A stretch of 64,000 bases of DNA from Haliotis rubra (taxonomy: Eukaryota), in the NCBI RefSeq assembly GCF_003918875.1, contig NW_025767191.1, positions 2,914,001 through 2,978,000 of the forward strand, in the 5' to 3' direction. The number at the start of each line of letters is the position of its first letter. Within the stretch, counting starts at the first letter, position 1. Both the position numbers and the translations under genes were made by a program. The notes below the pieces were generated by a model, which was not told the DNA's origin, ran no database searches, and saw only the letters and a program-made list of their open reading frames with translations. Shown in pieces: positions 1 through 10,238 of this stretch.

Positions 1-470
1 CTGAAAAATGACTGAGTTATAAGGTTGAGACATCGGCAATACTTCTTAGAGGTCAAGTTGACCTGATTTACTGAAGCAAAATATCTGTCTTTTAATCATG
101 TAATTTATTAGTGGAAAGCAGAAGTTTTCGATATCAATTGTAGAGTTGAATATGTGCTGCATATTTCACAATCGTGCAAACATTTCAAGGAAACACATCG
201 TGACATAATCGTCGTGTGACCAATGACAAACAATTTAAACTCGTGTATATCTGCTGTTGCTTGATTAGGGTAATTAAAAAACCTGAAACGAAATAATTCA
301 AATATCCCATACACTTTCGATGACCGTTGGAATAAGTGTCGTCTAAAGTATGAGCAGATATAAACAGAAGAAAATTAAAAACAGCGCCACCCCCATTAAA
401 CGAATGGTCAAGTTTAACGGGTTGCGACATTATGTCGATTTCAAGAGATGGCATGAACTCCCATGTGTTA

Positions 471-490
471 CTAGTAGTAGTAGTAGTAGT
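471..490 (+). repeat. (TAG)n microsatellite
   Basis: ctagtagtagtagtagtagt seen directly. Confidence 0.85.
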
Positions 491-944
491 TTATTTCTGT
501 CAATCAGGCCACAGGCCCATTTTACAATTAATGTATTCATTTGACAATGTATAAATGTATGTTGATGTTGCGCCACCAGTGCATGTATCAATGTTTGAAT
601 ACAACAATTTATATCTAGTACAATATCCATGTGAATATAAAATATGTAGGTTATATGTGTAATGGACAATTGCTTGCTCCTCATTTTAAGAGCAAAGAAA
701 GTAAAGTTGGCAAAATTATTAAGCATGGAAGTATTTTTGGTGGTAAATAAAAGTTTACATTTACACTCTGAAGGAAATTTGTAGTAATAACTTGTGGACA
801 GTTTTTCTAAGGTCATTATAAAATGGACACACTAGACAGACATGGTATTCTGTTTCGACATTTGGGATGATACAAAATGGACAAAGTCTTTCACTTTTAT
901 GTATGCCTAGTTTTCTACCCTGTGATATCATAAGATCACTACAA

Positions 945-1095
945 GGGCGGTGGGGTAGCCTAGTGGTTAAAGTGTTGGCTCGTCACGCCGAAGACCCGGG
1001 TTCGAATCCCCACATGGGTACACTATGTGAAGCCCATTTCTGGTGTTCCCCGCCCTGATGTTGCTGGAATATTGCTAAAAGCGACGTAAAACCAC
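945..1095 (+). mobile_element. tRNA-derived SINE, family A
   Basis: Head GGTGGGGTAGCCTAGTGGTTAAAG...GGTTCGAATCCC (A/B boxes), body CACATGGGTACA...GCTGGAATATTGCTAAAAGCG; many similar copies in the window. Confidence 0.9.
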
Positions 1096-1200
1096 AGGAT
1101 GTACGAAATTGTGAAAGAGTTATTCTACATGCATCAATATTTAGGATTACTCTTTCACAATTTCGTACATGTGTTACTACATAAACGCAATATAACTTAC

Positions 1201-1385
1201 GTAATGTTGTGTCCAGGGAGGAGTCCTTCTGCCTGAGCCCTCTCGATGGCCAGCGTTGCTGCGGCGGCGTTGTTTTCCCAGCCCAGTCGGACATGTCGGA
1301 ACGGACTCAGCATCCCCAGTCGGAACTCCCTTGCTTGACAAGAACCCAACAGCAAAAGTTCCAGACGCAGTAAGAAACACGCCAT
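1201..1385 (-). CDS. First coding exon of a probable receptor-type guanylyl cyclase / natriuretic-peptide-receptor-like protein (signal peptide plus start of ANF_receptor domain); gene continues beyond the left edge
   Basis: Translates MACFLLRLELLLLGSCQA-REFRLGMLSPFRHVRLGWENNAAAATLAIERAQAEGLLPGHNIT: hydrophobic leader, then the GxLxP...AxxLAIE...LLPGxNxT pattern of periplasmic-binding-type ectodomains. Ends at canonical donor ac|GTAAGT (1200). A candidate acceptor (TTTTTCAG on minus) lies at positions 8-1. Confidence 0.75.
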
Positions 1386-2531
1386 CTGCATCTTTACGTT
1401 TTGATTCTTCATCTTATTATCCCACAACCTAAGCATGTGAATGATGGGGTGGAACCTTGCGCAATGTTTTCTTTTAGTTCACCATCTGACTCGCGACCCA
1501 ACAACTATAACAAACAATAATTGGTGGTTGACATCAGTGGTCAGGATGTATGGAGGAAGACATCAATAACGTCTTCGTTTCTGGAAGCTAATGTGACATA
1601 TAGGTCTCTGCTGTTCCAACGTAATGCTGATATATGACGTGATTCCGTCTCTGCCGTCCTGTTTCAATGTATGGTGTGTTTCTTGGAAGGCGGACCATCA
1701 CCTACGTTTGTCCACCTGAGCACGGCGAATCAGAGCAGTTCATTTCCAGGTATGTTGTGCAGATCAATAACACTCCATGACCAGAGCCAGCCTGTTTATA
1801 TCGGGAATGGCTCAGAACTCTGATAATGTGTAAAGTATGTGTTTGCTACAAAAACTGTAACATACCTTACAAATTTTACCAGTCATCAGAATTCAAAATA
1901 AGATAAATTTACTTTGGCTTACAGTTACTTAAATGCCCATCAGGTAATGACGTACACACATCATATGTTCTGTCGCGCGTATCTGGGGTATTGTGTAGCT
2001 GGTGAAAGCACATGGACCACTGCATAGGAAACAAACACAAATAGACTACTCATTATAAACTGATAGATTGACTAATCGCTGTCTGGAAACTCTAGGCTCA
2101 CATGATACTTTGCATTGCATAATATTATTATGCTGGATATAACAGGAACTTAAACGTTCAATCAGAATTCAGTCGATGAAACTAAATGTGGATCATCTAG
2201 GTACTGGATGCTGTAAAAGACTTGACATTGAAAACCACCAAAAATAAGACAAGCCGCTTATCGCGACGACTGAACAGGGTGTTGGCGATAATCAGCCTCG
2301 GGCGTGTGGAAGAGGTAGGTTATGAGAAGTTACCACAACATATTTCATCCGTGCCGTACATGTATTTACATGGTATGTCTGCTGAATGTTAAACGATAAC
2401 GAGGTGTGACCTTGGGCTGTGAGCGGATATGTGGTGGCAGAATGCAAGCGAAATGTGTTAATATGCATGATCTATTGGCTTAATACACTGTGTGGTTGGT
2501 CAGGTAGATATGAATGTATGTTTGTTCATAC

Positions 2532-2685
2532 NNNNNNNNNNNNNNNNNNNNNNNNNNNNNNNNNNNNNNNNNNNNNNNNNNNNNNNNNNNNNNNNNNNNN
2601 NNNNNNNNNNNNNNNNNNNNNNNNNNNNNNNNNNNNNNNNNNNNNNNNNNNNNNNNNNNNNNNNNNNNNNNNNNNNNNNNNNNNN
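2532..2685. other. Assembly gap
   Basis: Run of N. Confidence 1.
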
Positions 2686-2759
2686 TGTGTAAAAGTGTCC
2701 ATGTTGATTTATGCCTCCTTTCCTCCAAGCCCCCGTTTAATAACGTTTGACGCTTAATC

Positions 2760-2850
2760 TCGAGTCGTGATGTGAGTCATTGGATAGTCTGGTCCAGACT
2801 CGATTATTTACAGACACACATTGCTGAGTGTGGCGTCAAACTACAAACAA
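2760..2850 (+). mobile_element. SINE family B, 3' fragment
   Basis: TCTGGTCCAGACTCGATTATTTACAGAC...TTGCTGAGTGTGGCGT matches longer copies at 18510 and 40099. Confidence 0.7.
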
Positions 2851-3589
2851 AGAAACATCTCGACCCCACAAGGACAAATTTATCTTGAAACAAGGGAGGG
2901 ATAGTGTTTTCATCTATGTGACCACCCAAGTTCCTCCCTTTCAATTCTACGTTAACTTTTTATATACGGCAATAGCGTTGAAACGAGTCTGCGTTTTACT
3001 TTGACTGTTATAGGGAACTGACCCGTTTCAAACTGTAACTTCCCATAACAATCTCACATTTTCATGATCGGAGGGTGATCTACGCCGTTGAATCATCTTT
3101 CTTCTCACACAATTGTTCATTGGTTTAAGAGCCTTCTTAAAGAATGAAGCAGACCTCATTATACAAACTTTGTATATGGTTAATACAGTCCTATTTATTC
3201 TGAAATCAATTTACTCATTGACAGGTTTAGTGTTGTCGCACAGCAAGAACATTAGCGTGAAACATGACAATGAGCCTATTATTTCACACCATTGATACCC
3301 TTTCAGACAGGCTTTAGGGATTTCCTATGAACTTTATCTATTCCAATAATTAAGCAGCCAAGCTTTTGTACCAACCACCACGGTGTACATCAACTCATTA
3401 GCTCAGACATCTTTTGATGTTGGTAATGACGTTTTCATCGTCTTCATTTGTTCGTTAGATTCCTTCCTTTGTAAACACAATTAAAATGTCATCTTCGTCG
3501 CTGGGGATGTTTTTTACATTATGCATATTGAATTTGTTAATCTGTTCATCGTTTTGTTTGTGTAGCTATCGCCTATGCGATGCAGATAA

Positions 3590-3910
3590 AATCTTACAGC
3601 GTCACCCAATGTTCCCCCAATGCAATTGGTTAAATTCTATCTTTGAGACACATGCATGAGTAGTTAGAGTGTTTGTTGATCGAGTAAAGTTACAACATTC
3701 AAGGCTTCAGTAAAGCTTTCAAAAAGTTTATTGGTAGACATTTCGAAATTTGATGCATCAGTGACAAAAATGATGTCCGATGTAATTCCCTATTTTGACT
3801 GGTACCATAGGTTACCGAAATATTTCAGGTGAACCGTTGTCTAGACTTTGCGTATGTTTATGACGGGTGCCATCGATGGAGCAGGATACGCTCACGTTTT
3901 CGCGAACAAT
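3590..3910 (+). mobile_element. Degenerate Penelope-like retroelement 3' fragment
   Basis: Remnant resembling the xxSFxKFxGRH C-terminal motif, followed by GACGGGTGCCATCGATGGAGCAGGATACGCT; a related end GACGGGTACCACCGATGAACAGGATATG occurs at ~4940. Confidence 0.45.
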
Positions 3911-5697
3911 TGGTATCATCACTATTTCATAGTGATTCATTAACACCTGCTCTGTCATTTATCGCATGGGTTTTTCTGGTCCAGACTCAAACAGCTGTAA
4001 TAATGCTGACATAAATTTATACTCAAGATATAGACACAATTGTGCATTCGACTCGAATGTTTATGGATGTGGAAAGGGGTTTGTTGCTTCTATTTCTATT
4101 ATCATATGAGATAATCTAGTCATTAATCCTTAAGAGGTTTCTCTATTCCGACAATTCCGTTTTTAACAAATACTAAAATACTAAATTGTAAGGTATTTAG
4201 AGAAAAGATTTTTCATAGGTAAAATGCGCAGTTAACACACATATTTCAGATTTTAAAGTGGCTTGGTGACATATTATTGGATTTTGTTTTGATATAATTT
4301 GCATAACATGCATATAAAAAATACATTATGTATTACTCAGAAAGATAAAGGGGACATAGCTGTGAAAATTATATGAATGGATAACAGGTTGTACATGTAT
4401 ATTTGTGGCTGCGAACGTTTCATATGTATTATCTTATACCAGGGCTCAAGTAACATATGTAAGAGTCAGTATTACACATTCACAGTAAAATATAGATTCT
4501 AGCACTGTTGTTGGGTTGAGTCCATCCGGGGTTCGAACCCAAACCCATTGACACCGTCGCGTCTGTTTCATATTTAGATATATGCTTAAAGTTATAGAGT
4601 GGTCACTCTACATTAGACTGTATGAAAATGGGAACGACATTCTAACTGTTAACCTTTTCCTTTCTTTCAGCTCTAGCCTGTGTACACATTACAACGTTTG
4701 TGCTACAATTCCGGCATTCTTTTCCTTCGAAAGATATAAATGTAATGCGAATTTTGACAATAGTCACAAGATTTCTGGCCTCAGTGAAGTTTGCCACGCG
4801 TTTTCTGATGGACAAGTGCAGTACCTTTCCAAACTGGACACATCTGTGAAACAACATTTCTGCTGCAATTCCCTATTTTGACTTTTACCATAATCCCCGT
4901 GTTTTCAGGTTAACAACTGACTTTCTTTTCCCATACTTGTGACGGGTACCACCGATGAACAGGATATGTGGGTGGGAACTGTCGCTCTTAATTAATGATG
5001 GTGTTCATGATAATCTCCTATAACAATGGTTGTTGCTGTTCAGTAACAGTTCACAGGTTTCATAATCACCCTGCAACGCGAACTCGCAAATAAACCCGCT
5101 AACTAATGGATAGTGAGGTTCATAATGCATTCGTTATCTCGGTAATGCCAATTACTGAACGCTATTGTTCCATGTACTCATTAGTAAATAATAAGGATAT
5201 CAGTATGAATCGTGTGTTTTCGGTAGCTGTGTACGCTAGGCAATGTCTTATAACGGACGATTTCTAATGGCTGACAACAGTGTATGAAATAAGGCCCGTC
5301 CGACCGCCCGAGACGGGTTAGATTTCAGACGGACGGTCGAGATTTACAGCTAGCCATCCCGATGGTCTGGTAAAAATTTAGATGTTATATACATAGTGGA
5401 TACTAAACGACCTTCCGTGTAATACCATTTTTATTAAACGAGTTAATGATTTGAAGCTAAATCTTTCACGAGTTTAATAAAAATGGTATTTCACAGAAGC
5501 GAGTTTAGTATTCTGTTTATTACTCTCCAACATAAATTGATCGAAACTGGTTACAGTGTGATGACTCTCATGTCAATTTTCCTCGAGTCAAGCAAGGTCT
5601 AATTCATGGATCCGCGCATATTGATTGACAGCTGGTATCAACCAATCAGAAAAAAGCTTTGTTGTCCTTAGTTACCGTGCGGTGAAAAGCGCAGAAA

Positions 5698-8600
5698 ATG
5701 GTATTACGATGCGCGTGGGGGACATGCAATGCTGACGAACGTTACCCTGAAAGACTGGAAGGAGTTTTTTTCGTCCGATTTCCAACTGTCAAACGGAATG
5801 AAGAAAAATGCAAGCGATGGATTAAAGCTTGCGGTTGTCCTCATTAGCAGCTAAATTTATCCAGAATAAATCAACACAAAGCTAAGGTAAAAATTATTGC
5901 ACTTAAATAATATTTATAAAAAAGGCATACTTAATTTTATACAGAATGTTCACTGTTATAACACGAGATCGGAGCAATAATATATCTGGAGAATTCATTT
6001 GTAACCATTTCCGGCAAAGGAAGTTCGATCTCAATTCATTTGATTCGACGTAATTGTTTAGGCCTGATACGTAATTAGATATAGATAGCTGGAAAATGGA
6101 CATGTATTTCTGTTGGTCTTATCTGATAGTATTTTGTTTTATTCCAGCATTTTGTAGGAGGAACAGGACCGAGCAGAGAATATCCTGACCCAGTGCCTGC
6201 AGACGGAGCCTGCCCAAAGCCAGTCAGAAAACCACCCCTGAAACGCCCAAGCCAGTACACTCCCTGCATATCGGATAAAAAGCAGAGGTCATCTCTTGTC
6301 GGAGAGAATATTGACATGTGTGTATTTAAAAACTTACACAAATCAAACTAGATGCATTCTTCAAATTCAATAATGGAAAATACATATATACCGTAATCAT
6401 AATTGTGGGATAATTATTAATATTTCTGGAAATGTATGTATGCAAATTTATTTTAAATAACTTCAATCAAATTTTAGGTTTCATTGCTATTTCTATGTCT
6501 TTCATATCTTTTTTCAGAGTGCCCAGAGTTTTCATTATCCCCTTATTCACTGTAGATGTATGTTTATTTTCATTATGTAGTGTAGTCTGTTCTCAGAGAG
6601 AATACTGACTTGTATACGTTTCACAAATTACACACATCAGAGTAGATTCATTCATGTTTTTTAATGATGGAAAAATACATGTAAATAATATTCATAATGA
6701 CAATAAATAATAAACATCATCATAGTCATGTCAAACATTATATATTCGCTTTTTTCAGACTAAACACAGGCAAGCCATCCACCCAGTCGACTGCTTCAGT
6801 TCAGATATTGTTACCCAATGACCAAGCAGAAAACAAGTCCACTGACTTCCTGATCAACACATCTACACAGACTGATGAAACATGTATGTATATATGGAGA
6901 TTCTGTGTTCATTTATTCCTCGGTGGTTGCATTCTTTAGGTAGGATGCCGCATGATCTCTGTAAAACATGGCTAGTTTCATTAACATTGACTGCATGAAA
7001 ACAATGTCGGGAGTTATTCTCTCCACATGCATGTCCAGTTGAGTGAACACAATAAACTCACAAAACCTGCACCCAGTAACCATCAACTGACCTTGTACTT
7101 GTGCGTAGTGATGGTGAGATCTTTTCAAAGAAGTTACACCATTTTCCTTTTTAAGGAAAAAGTCTAAATCTTCACAAGCATTGTCAGTGGTCATGTTGCG
7201 TGCTGAGTAGGGACATTTGATCTCAACAATCCCACTTTCACCATTGTCACAAATCTTGCTATCAGGTGTTGCTCCCAAAAATGAAAACTCATTGTTTACA
7301 ACAAACCCGCATTCATGAAAATGTCTGTCTGGATATTTCTGATGGTACCTTGCCTTAGCATCTTTTTCATGTTTCTTCCCATATTCTATCGATTGTGCTT
7401 TTATATTTCTTCTAGTGAAAATAGAGTTCAAGAAACCATGATTTGGCCTTTTTTTCTGGACAAAACCTTTCCAAAACTTGATGCAGTTAGACGTTTCCTG
7501 CGTTCATCAAACCAGAGTTCATTTGACTGACTCTGTGTTTTCATTTCAAGAGATTTGGGATCCTTACAGATTGTATCTTCATCATTTAGATGAGCAAATT
7601 CCTGGGTAAGCTTCACTGGTGGAAGCAAGATAACACTGGTGTTCCCATATATGTGTGTAGTTGGTGTTGCATTCTTGATGTGTTTGATCTGAAATTATAA
7701 ATAAATCATTCAAATATTTTGTCGTTTCAGGGATATCAGCAATGGACATACTAGCTCTGGCAGCAGAAAAACATGATTTGAAGCAACAATTACAAGACAA
7801 GTCAAGAGAAATAAGAGAGTTGAACATCAAAGTGGCATCACATGAGAAGACAATATAGGAATTACAGAGAGAGCTTCAACAATCATCATTATTTTCCATA
7901 GATGTTGTGATCACCGGGGGTAAAAAAATCAAAAACTTATTCAAACACTATACAGGTGTTACATATGTGAGATTTCTCACACTACTTACATTTCTGCTAC
8001 CCCAAGGAGAGGACATTGATTATTCATCAGGGAGAAAAGACATCAAGAGACTTAAACCTCAGGATGCATTATTGCTTACTCTCTGTCGGTTAAGGCATGG
8101 GTTTGGACTTAAAGACATTGCAGTTCGCTTTTCAGCAGGCATCATTTTCAACACATGGCTTGATCTGTTATATTTCAAGGTAAGGTAGATTCCAATATGG
8201 CCACACAGGGATGATATAATACAACATATGCCTGAAAAATATCGTAGAGACTATCCAACAACATTAATTATCATTGATGGTTCAGAAGTCAAAACACAGA
8301 CCCCATGTGCTGTAAGTTTGCAAAGTCAAGTCTACAGTGATTACAAGTCCTCTTCTACTCTTAAGGGTTTGATTGGATGTGATCCAAATGGAAGCTAAAT
8401 GTTTGTTTCAGAACTATTTACTGGTTCAATATCTGACAAAGCAATCACTGAACAGTCATTAAGTCAATGAAAGAAATTGGACACATTAATGAAGGTGATG
8501 GCATCATGGTTGACAAAGGTTTTTCTATCAAGAATGAAGTTGTAAAACTAGGTTTGAAACTGAATATACCTCCAAAAGGAAAGACAGGAAAACAATTCAA

Positions 8601-8790
8601 CATGGGAGAAAATGCATGTACAGAAAAAGTGGCAAAGCACAGAGTTCACATTGGGAGACTTATTAACAAGGTGAAACAATATAAATTATTGTCAAATTGT
8701 GTTCCAACATCTCTATTCTCAAGGATAAACAAGATTTGATCTGTTTGTTGCCACCTGACATTATTTTAGGATGTTTTTGTTAAGTACTGG
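5698..8790 (+). pseudogene. ISL2EU transposase (THAP + coiled coil + HTH + DDE_Tnp_4); exons 5698-5886, 6148-6287, 6759-6883, 7731-~8790
   Basis: MVLRCAWGTCNAD...RFP...WIKACG / HFVGGTGP (THAP); KHYTG, LLLTLCRLRHG, IIIDGSE, YSDYKS, FTGSISD, IMVDKGF, RVHIGR. Splice phases are consistent. Several in-frame stops, and the third catalytic Glu appears replaced by Gly. Confidence 0.85.
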
Positions 8791-10238
8791 TGCATATCTA
8801 AGTTGTTCAATGAGGTCAAGCTACTACTGTATACAGCAACTCGTAATAGAACAAAATTTCAAACTCTTCTGAAATGTTTTTAAGTTAGTTGCACCTCTTT
8901 GACATAGATATGTAGATATATACCTGATAAGATAGTGCAGATCCAATTGGCACATCTCCCATAGGAGTTTGCACCGAAGGCAAATCATGTTGTGCTGTTC
9001 TATGCAGGAGTGGTGTGCCCTGTAGAGTTTGAAGACTTGCCATATCAACCCTTGGTAGCCTGAAATACACAGATATACATACAGATCATATACAAACAAA
9101 TCATCTTACAGTTGTGTTTGTAATATGAATTACACATCATTAAAAATGCAGATTTTCTATCATGTATAGATAATTCCTTCATTCTGTTACATAAGGGCAG
9201 TTATCATTCTTAACTTGTAATCAAGTTAAAATGTACATATGTTTCATGGATATCTTGAATTATCAATTTTAGCAAAATTTCTGATGAAATAAGAATAAAA
9301 CTATACTTGTAATTCATGTCGGTGTGGCATTGTATTGGCTTCCGCTTGCGTTGTTCAGTTGGTCTTGCAACCGCAACCTGACTGATAGGCACTGGCAAGA
9401 TTTTGTCTCCCCTTGGCTTGTTCCATTGTTGTGGCATGGATGTGGAACTCAAATCAGATGGAATTTCTTTGAAGTCGTGGAGCTTGAATCCCTGGAATGT
9501 CTTGATCAGACCTATTATATGGGAACACTTCCCACTTAATCTGAAAGAGAAATAGCAAAGATAAAATTTATTTAGCAGATTATGAGTAGATTTTACCTTG
9601 TTTACTTGATACTCAGTCGACTGGTTCTAATAAATAATGCCTTGATCATACAAATGTTCTAACCTAATATTTAAGATTTTCTTCAAGCATGGATTTATTG
9701 GGAAAATGCTGGACCAAAAATTGTGGTATATTTGCATTAATTCACTTTGACAATTTTATTATTAGAAATGACTAAAACTTCATAAACAACATTTGATTTA
9801 GGGCCTCTCAATAATTAAAACCAAACGGTATTTTGACATTGACAAGTCTGGCATCTACGTTCTAGACCCTTTCAAGATTGGCTGTACTATGCATCACAAT
9901 AAATGTAAATCTTACGCACACATTTTCGTAACAGGTATAAAATCATCTGCGAAAATAGCAACTTACCCAGCTTTACAAGAGCAATAAGCATATTTGATTC
10001 GGTCGACATCAAGGTCAAGTGACAGTCGATGAGGCGAGTTGTTTTTCCTGAGTGATGGCCAACACTTGGCGGATACGGTCGGAAACTGAAGTGTCACCTC
10101 ATGAATGTAGCCTTGCTGGTAATAATTAAGTCCCTTTTGCATGCTCTTAGTCGATATTTGATCAGCAATCTGTAAAAAGGACACAGAAAACTTTTCAGGA
10201 ATGCATGCGAGACAATTGCTTTGCTCAGCGGCGGCCAT
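6913..10238 (-). pseudogene. ISL2EU accessory gene: SWIM zinc finger + YqaJ (lambda-exonuclease-like) nuclease; exons 10238-9967, 9540-9307, 9059-8924, 7688-6913
   Basis: CSCKAG/LSGKCSH (SWIM), STSMPQQWNKPRG, QSQSNELWFDERRKRLTASSFG, YGKKHE, FLGATPD, EIKCPY, HYAQVQGQL. GT-AG junctions are in phase; one frameshift in the A-run near 7450. Confidence 0.88.

Noticed and set aside
945-1012. tRNA gene
   Set aside because: The A/B boxes run into a conserved SINE body and tail seen in about ten copies, so it is a SINE head.
6913-7431. Phage lambda-type exonuclease or prophage / horizontal transfer from bacteria
   Set aside because: It is the last exon of a spliced gene inside ISL2EU TIRs; YqaJ is a normal component of that family.
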